Below are positions 9,952-20,930 of a stretch of DNA of 45,382 nt, piece after piece; position 1 is the first letter of the stretch, and every line of letters starts with the position of its first letter. Position numbers and translations under genes: made by a program. Source of the DNA: Pseudolabrys sp. (GTDB lineage Bacteria > Pseudomonadota > Alphaproteobacteria > Rhizobiales > Xanthobacteraceae); the NCBI GenBank assembly GCA_036391175.1, contig DASWAK010000563.1, forward strand, positions 1 through 45,382, read 5' to 3'. The notes beneath the pieces are model-generated. The model worked only from the letters and a program-made list of their open reading frames with translations. It made no database searches and was not told the origin of the DNA.

Positions 9952-10787
9952 ACACCCGCATCGATCGCCGCTTCGCCGCTCTGAAGAAGGAGGGCCGCGC
10001 CGCGCTGGTGACTTTCACCATGGCGGGAGATCCTGACTACGAGACGTCACTCGCCATTGCCAAGGCATTGCCGAAGGCTGGAGCTGACGTCATCGAACTC
10101 GGCATGCCATTTACCGACCCGATGGCCGATGGCCCTGTGATTCAGGCAGCCGGCTTGCGCGCACTTAAATCCGGCCAACGGACGACCAAGACGCTGGCGT
10201 TGGTGCGCGAACTCCGCAAAGAAGATGACGAAACGCCCATCGTGCTGATGGGCTACTACAATCCGATATACGTTTATGGCAGCGACCGCTTCCTTGCCGA
10301 TGCCAAAGCGGCAGGAGTCGATGGCCTCATCGTTGTGGACCTGCCGCCCGAGGAGGATGAAGAGCTTTGCCTGCCGGCTTTGAAAGCGGGGCTTAACTTC
10401 ATCCGGCTGGCAACGCCTACAACCGACGATAAGCGTCTGCCCACAGTGCTCACCAACACCTCGGGGTTTGTCTATTACGTGTCTGTAACGGGCATAACGG
10501 GCATGGCCGCGCCGGATACCACCAAGGCGACTGCGGCAGTTGCACGTATCAAGCGCCACACCAGGCTTCCCGTTGCGGTCGGTTTCGGCGTGAGGACTGC
10601 CGAACAGGCCCGCGCCATCGCGGAAGGTGCCGATGGCGTGGTGGTCGGATCGGCACTTGTCGACGCTTTGCGCCAAAGCCTCGATGAGAATGGCAAAGCC
10701 GGCCCTGGATCGGTAAAGGCGGTGACCAATCTGGTGTCCGTGCTGGCACAAGGTGTGCGTTCCGCCCATCGTGCGGCAGCGGAATGA
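9948..10787 (+). CDS. trpA: Tryptophan synthase alpha chain
   Basis: [36 protein letters not shown]; ATGA overlap with trpB at 9948. Confidence 0.97.
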   Translation: MNTRIDRRFAALKKEGRAALVTFTMAGDPDYETSLAIAKALPKAGADVIELGMPFTDPMADGPVIQAAGLRALKSGQRTTKTLALVRELRKEDDETPIVLMGYYNPIYVYGSDRFLADAKAAGVDGLIVVDLPPEEDEELCLPALKAGLNFIRLATPTTDDKRLPTVLTNTSGFVYYVSVTGITGMAAPDTTKATAAVARIKRHTRLPVAVGFGVRTAEQARAIAEGADGVVVGSALVDALRQSLDENGKAGPGSVKAVTNLVSVLAQGVRSAHRAAAE

Positions 10788-10844
10788 ACATTAGGCCGAG
10801 CCAGCGGTTATAATTTCGCCGAATCGGTTCTATATAGGCGAACC

Positions 10845-11741
10845 ATGAATTGGATCTCCAACGTCGTACGGCCGAAGATTCGCAGTTTCCTGCGCCGCGA
10901 GACTCCGGAAAATCTCTGGATCAAATGTCCAGAGACCGGGCAACTCGTCTTTTACAAAGACGTCGAGGCCAATCAGTTCGTCATCCCAAGCTCCAATTAT
11001 CACATGCGCATCAGCGCGCCGATGCGGCTGAAGGCCATGTTTGACGGCGGCGAGTTTGAAGATGTCGCCTTGCCTGAAGTGCCGATCGATCCGCTCAAGT
11101 TTCGCGATGAGCGCCGTTATGCCGACCGGCTAAAAGATGCGCGCACCAAGACCGGATTGCAGGATGCAGTAAAGCTCGGCATCGGACGGCTTGAAGGCCA
11201 GATGGTTACGATCGCCGTTCAGGATTTCGACTTCATGGGCGGCTCACTCGGCATGGCGGCTGGAGAGGCAGTGATTACCGGTCTGGAAACGGCTGTGCGC
11301 CGGCAGACGCCGTTCATCATGTTTGCGGCCTCCGGCGGCGCACGCATGCAGGAAGGCATTCTTTCGCTCATGCAGCTCCCGCGTACGACAGTCGGGGTGC
11401 AGATGCTGCGCGAAGCGCGCAAGCCCTACATCGTTGTGCTAACCAACCCCACCACCGGCGGCGTCACTGCGTCTTATGCGATGCTTGGAGACGTGCAGAT
11501 CGCTGAGCCAGGGGCGTTGATAGGGTTCGCCGGCCCGCGTGTGATCGAGCAAACCATCCGTGAAAAATTACCAGAGGGCTTTCAGCGTGCAGAATATCTC
11601 GCGGAGCACGGTATGGTTGATATGGTCGTGCACCGGCACAAATTGCGCGCGACGCTTGCCGAGTTGTGCCGCCTGCTGACCAGGGCACCGGCACCGGCGC
11701 TGGGCGGCCAACAGCAATTACCCGTTCCGGCACACGCTTAG
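10845..11741 (+). CDS. accD: Acetyl-CoA carboxylase carboxyltransferase beta subunit
   Basis: [39 protein letters not shown]; trpA-accD-folC order. Confidence 0.97.
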   Translation: MNWISNVVRPKIRSFLRRETPENLWIKCPETGQLVFYKDVEANQFVIPSSNYHMRISAPMRLKAMFDGGEFEDVALPEVPIDPLKFRDERRYADRLKDARTKTGLQDAVKLGIGRLEGQMVTIAVQDFDFMGGSLGMAAGEAVITGLETAVRRQTPFIMFAASGGARMQEGILSLMQLPRTTVGVQMLREARKPYIVVLTNPTTGGVTASYAMLGDVQIAEPGALIGFAGPRVIEQTIREKLPEGFQRAEYLAEHGMVDMVVHRHKLRATLAELCRLLTRAPAPALGGQQQLPVPAHA

Positions 11742-11757
11742 CTGATGCCTTGCCTTT

Positions 11758-11824
11758 GTCATGGCCGGGCTCGACCCGGCCATCTCGCTTGGCGGGGCAA
11801 GACTGTGCCACATATATCGATGAC
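11758..11824. repeat. REP-like palindrome (GTCATGGCCGG family) with an apparently collapsed second arm
   Basis: GTCATGGCCGGGCTCGACCCGGCCATC at 11758-11784, then a spacer, then a lone ATGAC end tag at about 11820-11824. Confidence 0.7.
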
Positions 11825-11847
11825 AATTGCGAACTCGCGAAAGCTGC

Positions 11848-13167
11848 ATGAATCACATCGACTCCCTCGTCTCACGTTTGACTGCGCTGCATCCCAAGCG
11901 CATCGACCTGTCACTCGATCGTGTGCAGCGCCTGCTCGCAGCGCTAAGCCATCCTGAGCGAAAATTGCCACCAGTGATTCATGTCGCCGGGACGAACGGC
12001 AAAGGCTCTACCATCGCCTTCCTGCGCGCGATCCTGGAGGCCGCGGGCAAACGCGTGCATGCCTACACATCACCGCATCTGGTGCGTTTCAACGAACGAT
12101 TCCGGATTGGCAAATCGGGCGAAGGCAAGCTGGTTTCCGACGAAGAGCTGATAGCAGCCATGGAGGAATGCGAGCTGGCCAATGCGGGCGCACCGATTAC
12201 TGTGTTCGAAATTACAACGGCCGCGGGGCTCATCCTGTTTGCACGACATCCGGCAGATGTGCTGCTGATGGAAGTTGGTCTCGGCGGACGGCTGGATGCA
12301 ACAAACGTCGTCGATAGTCCGTTGGAAACAATCATCACCCGCGTCTCGGTGGATCACACCGACTTCCTGGGTGATAGCCTGGAGAAAATTGCGACTGAGA
12401 AAGCTGGAATCTTAAAGCGCGGCGTGCCGGCAGTTATTGCCTCACAACACCGTGAGGTGTTGGCGGTGATCGAGCGACAAGCGGCGAAGCTGAGCGTGCC
12501 GTTGAAGATCGCCGGTGAAGATTGGACCGCTACTGAGGAGCGCGGGAGGCTCGTCTATCAAGATGAGACGGGATTGCTCGATTTGCCGCCGCCAAAGCTC
12601 TACGGCCGGCACCAATTCGAGAATGCCGGTCTGGCGATTGTCGCGCTGCGCATGATTAATCAATTCGGCATTGCGCCGGCCGCATACGATGGCGGCATGG
12701 TCAAGGCTGACTGGCCGGCGCGGCTACATCGGCTCGCACATGGTCCACTCGTCGATCGTGCTCCCGCCGGCAGTGAACTGTGGCTCGACGGAGGGCATAA
12801 CCCGGATGGCGGCCGCGCAATTGCGGCGGCGCTCGCCGACCTGGAGGAGCGTGTCTCGCGGCCATTGGTGCTGATCGTTGGGATGCTCACGAGCAAAGAC
12901 TGCGAAGGTTTCTTGGGCAACTTTGCCGGGCTCGCCCGTCGCATGATTGCGGTACCGGTGCTGGGCGCCGAGAAAGGGCTAAGCGCGGAAACGGTGGCAG
13001 ACACTGCGCGCGCCATCGGCATATCCGCGACGAGTCGTGACAATCTTGCTGAAGCGCTTGCAGCTGCATGCAAGCTCGATCTCGATCCTCCGCCGCGTAT
13101 CCTGATCACCGGCTCGCTTTACCTTGCTGGCGAAGTGCTGCGCGAGAATGGCACGGTGCCGACCTGA
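11848..13167 (+). CDS. folC: Bifunctional folylpolyglutamate synthase/dihydrofolate synthase
   Basis: HVAGTNGKGST, YTSPHL, EVGLGGRLDATN, EKAGILK, LDGGHN, ITGSLYLAGE; ATG at 11848. Confidence 0.96.
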   Translation: MNHIDSLVSRLTALHPKRIDLSLDRVQRLLAALSHPERKLPPVIHVAGTNGKGSTIAFLRAILEAAGKRVHAYTSPHLVRFNERFRIGKSGEGKLVSDEELIAAMEECELANAGAPITVFEITTAAGLILFARHPADVLLMEVGLGGRLDATNVVDSPLETIITRVSVDHTDFLGDSLEKIATEKAGILKRGVPAVIASQHREVLAVIERQAAKLSVPLKIAGEDWTATEERGRLVYQDETGLLDLPPPKLYGRHQFENAGLAIVALRMINQFGIAPAAYDGGMVKADWPARLHRLAHGPLVDRAPAGSELWLDGGHNPDGGRAIAAALADLEERVSRPLVLIVGMLTSKDCEGFLGNFAGLARRMIAVPVLGAEKGLSAETVADTARAIGISATSRDNLAEALAAACKLDLDPPPRILITGSLYLAGEVLRENGTVPT

Positions 13168-13171
13168 ATAG

Positions 13172-13198
13172 AAACGGCCGGCGCGAGGCCGGCCGTTT
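13172..13198. terminator. Hairpin between convergent folC and trxA (likely bidirectional terminator)
   Basis: AAACGGCCGGC-GCGAG-GCCGGCCGTTT, an 11-bp perfect stem. Confidence 0.7.
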
Positions 13199-13219
13199 GT
13201 CCAGACATTGTGTTCGCGA

Positions 13220-13540
13220 TCAGACTGCACCGCTGATCCACTGGTGCAGCTTCTGCTTGGGCGCCGCGCCAACCTGGCGCGAGGCGATCTCGCCGTTCTT
13301 GAACAGCATCAAGGTTGGGATCGACATGATGCCATATTTGGCGGCGGTATTTGGGTTCTCGTCGACGTTGAGCTTGACGATCTTGACCTTGTCGCCGAGC
13401 TGGCCGGCGATTTCCTCCAGCGCCGGCGCGATCATGCGGCAGGGGCCGCACCATTCCGCCCAGAAATCCACGACCACCGGTTCGGCAGATTTCAATACAT
13501 CCGATTCAAAGCTGGCGTCCGACACTTTGCCGACGGTCAT
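13220..13540 (-). CDS. trxA: Thioredoxin
   Basis: [10 protein letters not shown] active site, IPTL, 106 aa, downstream of addA. Confidence 0.97.
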   Translation of the reverse strand: MTVGKVSDASFESDVLKSAEPVVVDFWAEWCGPCRMIAPALEEIAGQLGDKVKIVKLNVDENPNTAAKYGIMSIPTLMLFKNGEIASRQVGAAPKQKLHQWISGAV

Positions 13541-13597
13541 AGCAACTACCTCTTGTGATGAGCGGGGAGAATCAACCGCGAAAATTGCGAGGGCAGG

Positions 13598-13627
13598 AAC
13601 CTATGAATGTGGTCCGGCAGCGTCAAG
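13598..13627 (-). promoter_or_regulatory. Possible RpoH-like promoter for trxA
   Basis: Minus strand CTTGAC (overlapping the addA stop) then, after about 16 nt, CATAGGT; only a loose match to alphaproteobacterial sigma32 promoters. Confidence 0.25.
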
Positions 13628-16600
13628 GCGCTCTCGCGGCGACGTGATCGGCCAAGGCCCGGTCCAGCACGTCGGCCGAAAGCTCCATGAGATCAGGTAC
13701 TTCGGTCCAGATCAGCGCGGCGCGGATAGGTCGGTCCGGATAGAGTTTGGCAAGCACAGCACGGTAACGGGCTAGCTGCAATATGTAGCCCTCCCGCACT
13801 TCCTCGATTCTTCGTGGCGCGGGCCGATTCGTTTTGAAATCACCGATCAAGACGGCGCTAGGCGTTACGGCCAACCGGTCAACCTGGCCGGACACCCGCA
13901 CCAGTTCGCCGCCAGACATGACCTTGCCGATGATCGGCACTTCGGCCCGGCTGTTGGGCCCGAAAAGTTCGCGGAAGCGCTGATGATCGAGCACGCGGAT
14001 GACTTCGTTAGAGATGGCCTTGCGAACTTCGACCGTCAGCTCGCTGCCTCGGTGCGCGAGATAGTCTTGTGCCGTCTTAGCGCGGCGCTCGGCGGGAATA
14101 TCTGGCAGTGACTGCATCAGCCGGTGGGTGAGCGAGCCGCGCAGCAATGCCGCCTTGATGCCGGCGACAGCGAGTGGGCGCGTCTCTTCCTCGATCGCGC
14201 TCGACGGCGTGATGCTGCGCACCGCCGACTTATCCGTCGGCGCATCGCGTGTGAGCCAAGGCGGCAACGAAATTCCTGCCGCTGGTGCGGCTTCACGTTT
14301 CGCGGGCCCGGTCTCCGACGTTTCTCCTTTGCGGTAGCGCAGCACTTCGTCACTGCCAATATCGGCCGGCTCTCTCACGCAATCGCTGCGCAGCGCGTCA
14401 TGAACAAGCTGGTACCAGCAGCCGTCGGGAATCTTGTTCGGGCCTTTCGATCCGCATACCACTAGCCGCTTGGCTGCACGTGTCATCGCCACGTACAGCA
14501 GCCGCCGGTATTCGTTGATCGCGGCGCGGTCGGCCACGACCCGCGACTCCTCCATGGTGTTTGTGTCGTCCTGCTTGCGCTTGGCCCATACGATCGCGCC
14601 ATTGGACAGCGCCAGCAGCTTGGGTGGATGCGCGCCCTTCGGCTCGGTCGTGGTGTCGGCGAGGATCACGGTGTTGGCCTCGAGGCCCTTGGCGCCGTGC
14701 ACCGTCATAACTCGCACCTCGTCGCGCGCAATCTCCATATCGCGCCGCACCTCGCTTTGCGCCGCACGTAGCCAGGCGAGGAAACCTTGCAGTGACGCTG
14801 TCTCGCGTGCCTCATAGTCGAGCGCGAGGTTGAGGAATTCGTCAAGCGCGTCGTTGGCTTCTGGTCCTAGCCGGGCAAGAAACTTCTTGCGGCCGCGGCG
14901 CGGGTTGAGGACATCGGCAAAAAACGCGAAGGGCGAAAGCCGGCGCGCGATTCCGGCAAGTTTGTCGAGTTCTGCATCGATCGCGCCGAACAGCACATCA
15001 GTTGCGTGAGCGCGCAAACTTGCTCGCAAGGAACCTTTGCGGTTCCAGGCGAGATCAAACAATTGCTCCTCGGTGAGACCGAACAACGGGCTCTTGAGTA
15101 CGCTGGCGAGGGCAAGATCGTCATCGGGGAGTAGGAGACAGTCGGCAAGCGCCATCAAGTCCATCACCGCGATGTGCTCGGTCAATACCAGCCGGTCGGC
15201 GCCTGCGACCGGCACGTCCTCGCTCTTCAAGGCGCGGATAATGGCCTCGAACAGCGGCCCGCGCTGGCGCACCAGCACCAGCACCTCGCTCGCGGCCAGC
15301 CCGTTCGCGCACCACAGCTTCACATGCTTGGCGATTTTCTGCGCCAGCAACACGCGCGGACTTTTTTCGCTCTCCGTGTCGAAGGGGGCATCCCAGCCCT
15401 CGATTTCCTTTTTCTCGGCCGGTTCGATTAGCGACCACAGTTCGACCAGACCGGGCGCAGCGTCGGGCAGCGATTCGTGTTTCGGAATTCCGATCACGTC
15501 GGCAGTGATGCTTTCGTAGATTTCGCGCGCGCTGAATACCTGATCGACCGAGCCGAGCACTGCGGCGCCGGAACGGAACGAGTGATGAAAGCGCAGGAAT
15601 TTCCAGCCCAAATCGGGCCTATCGAATTGCTGCGCGAACAGCCGCCGCATCACGTCGAAGGCCTCGGGCGCCGCCCCCTGGAACGAAAAGATCGACTGCT
15701 TCTCGTCGCCGACCGCGAACAACGTGCGGCGGGTGTTGGGCCGGCTGCCACCGGGCATGAACTCGGCGGCGATAGTTTTAATGATCTCCCACTGCTTTGG
15801 ACTCGTGTCCTGCGCCTCGTCGATCAAAATATGGTCGATGCCGAGATCGAGCTTGTAGAGCACCCAGGCGGCCGAGACGTTCTTGAACAGCGCCAGCGTG
15901 CGATCGATCAGGTCGTCGTAATCGAGCAACGCGCGCCGCTCTTTTTCGCGGAGATAGCGGTCGATCACTTCCTTGGCGATGATGATGAGCGCGCGCGTGC
16001 GTTCGCGCGCACTGAGCGCGCGTTCGCGGTCGAGCAAAGCGCAGATGCGGGCTTGCTCGTCTTGTAGACGAGCAAGCCATTCGGGGTGCCGGTCGGCAAG
16101 CGCCTTGGTCACCAGGCTTTTGCGCGGGGAAAGCTCGGCAGTGCAGAAGATGCGCAGGTAGTGATCGATACGCGCGCGCCCGGAAGCCTCGCGAATGGCG
16201 GCCAGCGAATCGACAATGCCTTTGTCCGATTTCGCACCCTGCGCCAGGATCTCGATCAACGACGGCCATTCGCTTTGCGGAATGAGCGACGCCGAGAAAA
16301 ATTCTTGTTCGACTTTATCGAGGCTGTCATCGTCGGCAATCCCGAAGCTCTTGGACAATTGCGCGATCGCGTTATCGACGCCGCCCGCACGCTCGATCCA
16401 GCCCTCGATCGCATCGCGCGCCTTAATGGCGTCGCCGATCACCTCCTTGAAGGCAATATCGGCGGCGACCACGATGGCGGTGGCAAGCGCCTTGCCGAGC
16501 GGCCCGTCTGGGTCGGCGGCCGCTTGCAGCAGGACTTCGAGCGTCAACCGGTCGAGCAGCTGCGTGGTCGATGGCTCGTCTAGTACCGAAAACCGCGCGG

Positions 16601-17033
16601 CGACACCGGCCTCGAACGGGAACTGGTGCAGCAGCCGCGTGCAGAAGGCGTGGATGGTCTGCACTTTCAGCCCGCCCGGCGTCTCCAGCGCTGAGGCGAA
16701 CAGCCGCCGCCCCCGCGCGCGTTCTCCGGCGCTCGGCGTCTTGCCTGTGCTCAGTCTGATCTGCTCATCGAGGGCGGCGTCGTCGAGCGCGGTCCACGAG
16801 GCCAGCCGTTTGAATACCTCGTTCGCCATGTTGGCGGCGGCGGTCTTGGTGAAGGTAATGCAAAGGATCTTTGCGGGGTCGACGCCACGCAGCAGCAGGT
16901 TGATCACGCGCTGCGCTAGCACATAAGTCTTGCCGGAGCCGGCATTGGCTGAGACGAAGGCAGAAATTTCCGGATTGGCGGCCTCGATCTGAACGCCGCG
17001 CACGTGATCCGGAATGGTGCGCGCGGCGCTCAT
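13623..17033 (-). CDS. addA: Double-strand break repair helicase/nuclease AddA
   Basis: ANAGSGKT Walker A, DEAQDT, VGDEKQSIFSFQGA, MTVHGAKGLE, LLYVAMTRA and a C-terminal PD-(D/E)xK nuclease (GQVDRL...DFKT). Start MSAART at 17033 overlaps the addB stop. Confidence 0.96.
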   Translation of the reverse strand: MSAARTIPDHVRGVQIEAANPEISAFVSANAGSGKTYVLAQRVINLLLRGVDPAKILCITFTKTAAANMANEVFKRLASWTALDDAALDEQIRLSTGKTPSAGERARGRRLFASALETPGGLKVQTIHAFCTRLLHQFPFEAGVAARFSVLDEPSTTQLLDRLTLEVLLQAAADPDGPLGKALATAIVVAADIAFKEVIGDAIKARDAIEGWIERAGGVDNAIAQLSKSFGIADDDSLDKVEQEFFSASLIPQSEWPSLIEILAQGAKSDKGIVDSLAAIREASGRARIDHYLRIFCTAELSPRKSLVTKALADRHPEWLARLQDEQARICALLDRERALSARERTRALIIIAKEVIDRYLREKERRALLDYDDLIDRTLALFKNVSAAWVLYKLDLGIDHILIDEAQDTSPKQWEIIKTIAAEFMPGGSRPNTRRTLFAVGDEKQSIFSFQGAAPEAFDVMRRLFAQQFDRPDLGWKFLRFHHSFRSGAAVLGSVDQVFSAREIYESITADVIGIPKHESLPDAAPGLVELWSLIEPAEKKEIEGWDAPFDTESEKSPRVLLAQKIAKHVKLWCANGLAASEVLVLVRQRGPLFEAIIRALKSEDVPVAGADRLVLTEHIAVMDLMALADCLLLPDDDLALASVLKSPLFGLTEEQLFDLAWNRKGSLRASLRAHATDVLFGAIDAELDKLAGIARRLSPFAFFADVLNPRRGRKKFLARLGPEANDALDEFLNLALDYEARETASLQGFLAWLRAAQSEVRRDMEIARDEVRVMTVHGAKGLEANTVILADTTTEPKGAHPPKLLALSNGAIVWAKRKQDDTNTMEESRVVADRAAINEYRRLLYVAMTRAAKRLVVCGSKGPNKIPDGCWYQLVHDALRSDCVREPADIGSDEVLRYRKGETSETGPAKREAAPAAGISLPPWLTRDAPTDKSAVRSITPSSAIEEETRPLAVAGIKAALLRGSLTHRLMQSLPDIPAERRAKTAQDYLAHRGSELTVEVRKAISNEVIRVLDHQRFRELFGPNSRAEVPIIGKVMSGGELVRVSGQVDRLAVTPSAVLIGDFKTNRPAPRRIEEVREGYILQLARYRAVLAKLYPDRPIRAALIWTEVPDLMELSADVLDRALADHVAARAP

Positions 17034-20000
17034 GGAATCGGCAGGTCCTCTTCCGCGCCGCCGGCGAGCGACCATTCCTTGACGCGGGCAAGGTGGTCGT
17101 AGTCGCCGTAGTGCGTCTTCCACATCGGGTGGACGAGCGAGAGATAGGGCTTGGTCTCATCGTCGAAGGTCGCCGCCAGTTCCTTGAGCTTGGCGAGCGC
17201 ACGGTCAGCATGGGCATCCGGCGGATTACCGTCTTTGAATTCGATGTCGTGCGGCTTGCCGGGCTCAGCGCCGCCCTTGAGCATCACGTAAGCAATCTGC
17301 GACACCGAACCGCCGGTGATCGGCTTGAAGCCGCCACCGCGCAGTATGGCGCCCTCAAGCGTCAATTGTGGCGCGAGCCCCGTACGCACCTGCTTCTCCG
17401 TGCGCGCCTGGCCGGTTTTGTAATCAATGATGGCGTACGTGCCGTCCTTGCGCAGCTCGATGCGGTCGGCGATGCCGGAGAGCGTAAACTCGCGCGTGCC
17501 GACCGTGAAAGTCAACTCGCCGCGGATTTCGGCATGTAGCGTGGTGAGGCCCGCACGGCGATCCACGTCCCACGCGGCGAACCAGCGCGCGATGCGCTCG
17601 AAGCGTGGCCACCAGAAGGCGCGTGCTTCCGGATAGTCGTTGAGCGGTGCGAAATGTTTCTCGCCGAGCTTGAGCAGTTCCTTCAACGGGTCGGCGGGCG
17701 GGTTGTTGGCGAACAGTTTGGTATAGTCGCCGATGGCGCCGTGGATGACGGTCCCGCGGTCGCGCGCGCCGGGCGGCGTATCGACCGCGTCGAACGGCTG
17801 CAAGCGCAAAACGTAGCGGGCATAGATTGTATAAGGATCGCGCAGCCAGTCCTCAATTGCGGTGACCGACAGCTTGCTCGGGCGCGCGGCGCGCGGCGGT
17901 TTGGGCGCTGGGCGCTCGGCGTGCTTCACCTCGGTCGGCGCATCGAGTGCGCGGGCGAGCGCGAGATAGCGTTCACCGCGCGTGGTGATGCCTTTCCAGC
18001 GTTCGCCAGCGAGTGCGGCGATGCGTTGCACGAAGCGCGAGGCGACGGTCGGTGCGCCGGCCACCTTGGCCGCGCGCGAGAGGATGACTTCACTTGCGCC
18101 CAATGCCTGCGCGAAGTCGTGCGCGGAGAGGCCGATGCGACGTTCGGGCGGGTCGAGGCCAAGATTGCGGCGCATCGGGCGGCTCAGCCACGGATCGCTG
18201 CGTGTCTCCGGGGGCCACGTGCCCTCGTTCAGCCCGCCCAGCACGACACGGTCAATCGTCTGCAGGCGCGCCTCCAGCGGGCCGTAGATATGCACGCGCC
18301 GCTCGCGACTTTCCGGCCGGCGTACCACGCGATCGCCGATGGCAGCCTCGAACAGCTCGGCATAATCCCCGCGCGCGATCGCGAGATTTGCGGCAGCCGG
18401 GCTGTCGATGAGTTGCTCGAGCGCATCGGCAAGCGCCGTGCCGTCGTGATTAGTAAAGGCGACGGCCTCACCGTTTTTATTTTCACCGGCGCTGAGCGCG
18501 GCGATCGCATCGCGGTGGCATCTCGCCAGTGCAGCGAGGCGGTGTTCGCTGGTTTTCAACGTTTCGAGCGGCGCCAGTGCGGCACGAAGCTTATTGATCA
18601 GCGCGGCCGCGGCATCGAGGTCGTTATTGCGGATAGATTTGCGCGGGTCACTTGCGTGCAAGTCATCTCGCGTCGCGCGGAAGGTTTCGAGCGCGTGCGC
18701 CAAGCCCTTCGTTCCGGCGCGCGGGCGCGGGCCGCGCAGCAGCGTGCGTTCAAGCACCGCGACCGCATGGTCGTGCGCGTCCTGCCGCTTCCCGAGCCGC
18801 AGCAGAGGATGTTTGAGCAGCGCCAGCAGCGGCACCGGCTCGAGGCCGCCAAGGGCCACTTCGGCGGTCAGCCGCGCGAAAAGACCGGCACCTGTGTCGG
18901 CCAGCGCGTCACCGCCCGAGTCGTCGACCTTCACATCCCAGCGTGCGAGCGAGGCTACAACGCGGCGGGCGAGCGCACGATCAGGCGTCACCAGCGCGAC
19001 GGTCTTGTTCTTATCCAGCGCCTCGCGCATCGCCACAGCGATGGCGAGTGCTTCTTCTTCGGCATTGGCCGCTTCGATCAGCGAGAGCTCTTGGAGCGCG
19101 CGCACTATGTCCGCATCGAAGTCCTTGTCGGCAAGGCGCGCACGCCAGCATTCGGTGGTGGCCGCCGGGCGCAAGGCTTCCGACACTAGCGCCTCGCGGC
19201 CACCGGGCTTTGCAAGATGTTGAACTTCGGCGCGCGTGATGCCGATGCGGTCGAGCAGCGCATGCATGGCGAACTGGGCGTGGCCGTCGGCGGGCAAGCC
19301 ATCATGTGTGTCATCGCCGTCGTTGCCCGCGATCAACGCCCAGGAGGGATCGTCAAGCGTCATATCGAGGCCGGGAAGAATCACGGCGCCGTGCGGCAGC
19401 TTAGCGATTCTCGCCAGCAGCTTGGCGGTCGCCGGCATCGAACCGGTGGAGCCTGCAGCGATTACCGGCGCGTCCGAGCCTGCAAGCCGATTGGCTTCTG
19501 CCTCGATCAACTTGTCGCGGCGGGCGGCGGATTCGATTGCGTTCTTCTCGATGAGAATCTTGCGCCAGGCGGGATGCACGAATTTCAGGAATTTCAGGGA
19601 CTGCTGCCAGTATTCATCGAGATTATCAGGCACCAGTTTGTCAAGATTGTCCCACGGCACCTGGCGCGTGATCATGTCGTCCATTAGCCTCGCCAACGTG
19701 TCGGCAAGCGCGATGGCCGCTTCCGGCGTGTTGGCAATGAGCGGCGCGCCCCTCTCCGGTGTGATCACCGCCGCCCATTTCGAGATCAACTCGGCCAGCG
19801 TCAGCCGCCGCTCCAGCGCGCCGAAGGTGGACGGCAGACGGAGCGCCGCATCGGCAAGCGCGCCGGTTGCGGCTTCAGAGAAGGCAATTTCGTCTTCGTC
19901 GAGATCGCCGAGCGCGATGATGCGCGGCAGGATGGCGGCCTCGCCGTCGAGCTTGTCGAGGAAAACGTCGCGCGCAAGCCGGCAAGCGCGCCGCGTCGGC

Positions 20001-20149
20001 AGATAGAGGGTGGCCCGCGCCAATTCGAGCGGATCATTCGAGGCCGGAAACCCGGGCACGAGTTTTCCCGTGCGCAGCGCATCGATCAGCACCGGCAAGA
20101 ACGGCACCGAGGCGGGAATGTTGAAAACGCGAGGTTTCTCGGCAGGCAT
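17030..20149 (-). CDS. addB: Double-strand break repair protein AddB
   Basis: LYLPTRRA, AAGSTGS, ALVTPDRALARRV, GLNEGTWP and nuclease GIADRIE...IIDYKTG. Start is 20149 or 20161. Confidence 0.95.
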   Translation of the reverse strand: MPAEKPRVFNIPASVPFLPVLIDALRTGKLVPGFPASNDPLELARATLYLPTRRACRLARDVFLDKLDGEAAILPRIIALGDLDEDEIAFSEAATGALADAALRLPSTFGALERRLTLAELISKWAAVITPERGAPLIANTPEAAIALADTLARLMDDMITRQVPWDNLDKLVPDNLDEYWQQSLKFLKFVHPAWRKILIEKNAIESAARRDKLIEAEANRLAGSDAPVIAAGSTGSMPATAKLLARIAKLPHGAVILPGLDMTLDDPSWALIAGNDGDDTHDGLPADGHAQFAMHALLDRIGITRAEVQHLAKPGGREALVSEALRPAATTECWRARLADKDFDADIVRALQELSLIEAANAEEEALAIAVAMREALDKNKTVALVTPDRALARRVVASLARWDVKVDDSGGDALADTGAGLFARLTAEVALGGLEPVPLLALLKHPLLRLGKRQDAHDHAVAVLERTLLRGPRPRAGTKGLAHALETFRATRDDLHASDPRKSIRNNDLDAAAALINKLRAALAPLETLKTSEHRLAALARCHRDAIAALSAGENKNGEAVAFTNHDGTALADALEQLIDSPAAANLAIARGDYAELFEAAIGDRVVRRPESRERRVHIYGPLEARLQTIDRVVLGGLNEGTWPPETRSDPWLSRPMRRNLGLDPPERRIGLSAHDFAQALGASEVILSRAAKVAGAPTVASRFVQRIAALAGERWKGITTRGERYLALARALDAPTEVKHAERPAPKPPRAARPSKLSVTAIEDWLRDPYTIYARYVLRLQPFDAVDTPPGARDRGTVIHGAIGDYTKLFANNPPADPLKELLKLGEKHFAPLNDYPEARAFWWPRFERIARWFAAWDVDRRAGLTTLHAEIRGELTFTVGTREFTLSGIADRIELRKDGTYAIIDYKTGQARTEKQVRTGLAPQLTLEGAILRGGGFKPITGGSVSQIAYVMLKGGAEPGKPHDIEFKDGNPPDAHADRALAKLKELAATFDDETKPYLSLVHPMWKTHYGDYDHLARVKEWSLAGGAEEDLPIP

Positions 20150-20183
20150 TGAGCGAATCATACACGCTTACGCGTGCTGCTCA

Positions 20184-20927
20184 TCAACTTGAACTTGTGC
20201 TGGCGCGGATCGCGGCTTCGGCCTCGGCGATGACGTCGGGGCTACCGACATGCATCCAGAGGCCTTCCAGCCGCAACCCGTGCAGGCGTCCGGCAGCTGC
20301 GGCGCGGTCGAAAAGTGCGGTAAGCGGGAACTCGCCTTGCGGAGCACCCTTGAACAGGGCGGACGATAGAATTGCAGCACCGGCATAGACGAATGGTGCG
20401 GCCTCCTGCCCGGCGCGCTTGCGCAATCGGCCATCGGCCACCATGGCGAAGTCACCACGCCCAGCATAACCAATACTGCCGGCCGTGGGCGCAAGTAGCA
20501 AAAGCGCGTCCATTGCGACAGGGTCGAAGGCGTCGGCAAGCCGCGCCAGATTGGGCTTCACGTCGTCGATCCAGAAGGTGTCGGAGTTGCTAAGGAAGAA
20601 GGGTGCATCGCCCAGTTCGGGTAGGGCTTTTTTAATACCACCGCCGGTGCCGAGCAAAAGCCGGTGTTCGTCCGAAATGACGATTTGCGGGTGTTTTCGA
20701 TGCACCAGGTGTTGCTGCATCTGATCGGCGAGGTGATGCACATTGACGACTGCGCGTTCGACGCCAACCTCCGCGAGCCGATCGAGCACGTGGTCTATGA
20801 GGGCCTTGCCGGCAACCTTTACCAGCGGCTTTGGCATGCTGTCAGTAAGTGGACGCATACGTGTCCCGAGGCCGGCGGCCAGCACCATGGCACGACGTAG
20901 AACGACTTTTGTTGGCGGTGCGGCCAT
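20184..20927 (-). CDS. murU: Nucleotidyltransferase, MurU-like (MurNAc-alpha-1-phosphate uridylyltransferase)
   Basis: AMVLAAGLGTRMRPLT...PKPL, VNVHH, LGTGGG; directly downstream of an AmgK-like kinase domain. Confidence 0.8.
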   Translation of the reverse strand: MAAPPTKVVLRRAMVLAAGLGTRMRPLTDSMPKPLVKVAGKALIDHVLDRLAEVGVERAVVNVHHLADQMQQHLVHRKHPQIVISDEHRLLLGTGGGIKKALPELGDAPFFLSNSDTFWIDDVKPNLARLADAFDPVAMDALLLLAPTAGSIGYAGRGDFAMVADGRLRKRAGQEAAPFVYAGAAILSSALFKGAPQGEFPLTALFDRAAAAGRLHGLRLEGLWMHVGSPDVIAEAEAAIRASTSSS

Positions 20928-20930
20928 ACA

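Noticed and set aside
13068-13775. 235-aa plus-strand ORF across trxA
   Set aside because: Antisense shadow of thioredoxin.
17654-19189. 511-aa ORF antisense to addB, and similar long shadow ORFs opposite rpsA, trpA, ubiB and the 2-hydroxyacid dehydrogenase
   Set aside because: They lie wholly opposite well-supported genes, show no recognisable motifs, and are expected in GC-rich DNA with strong codon bias.
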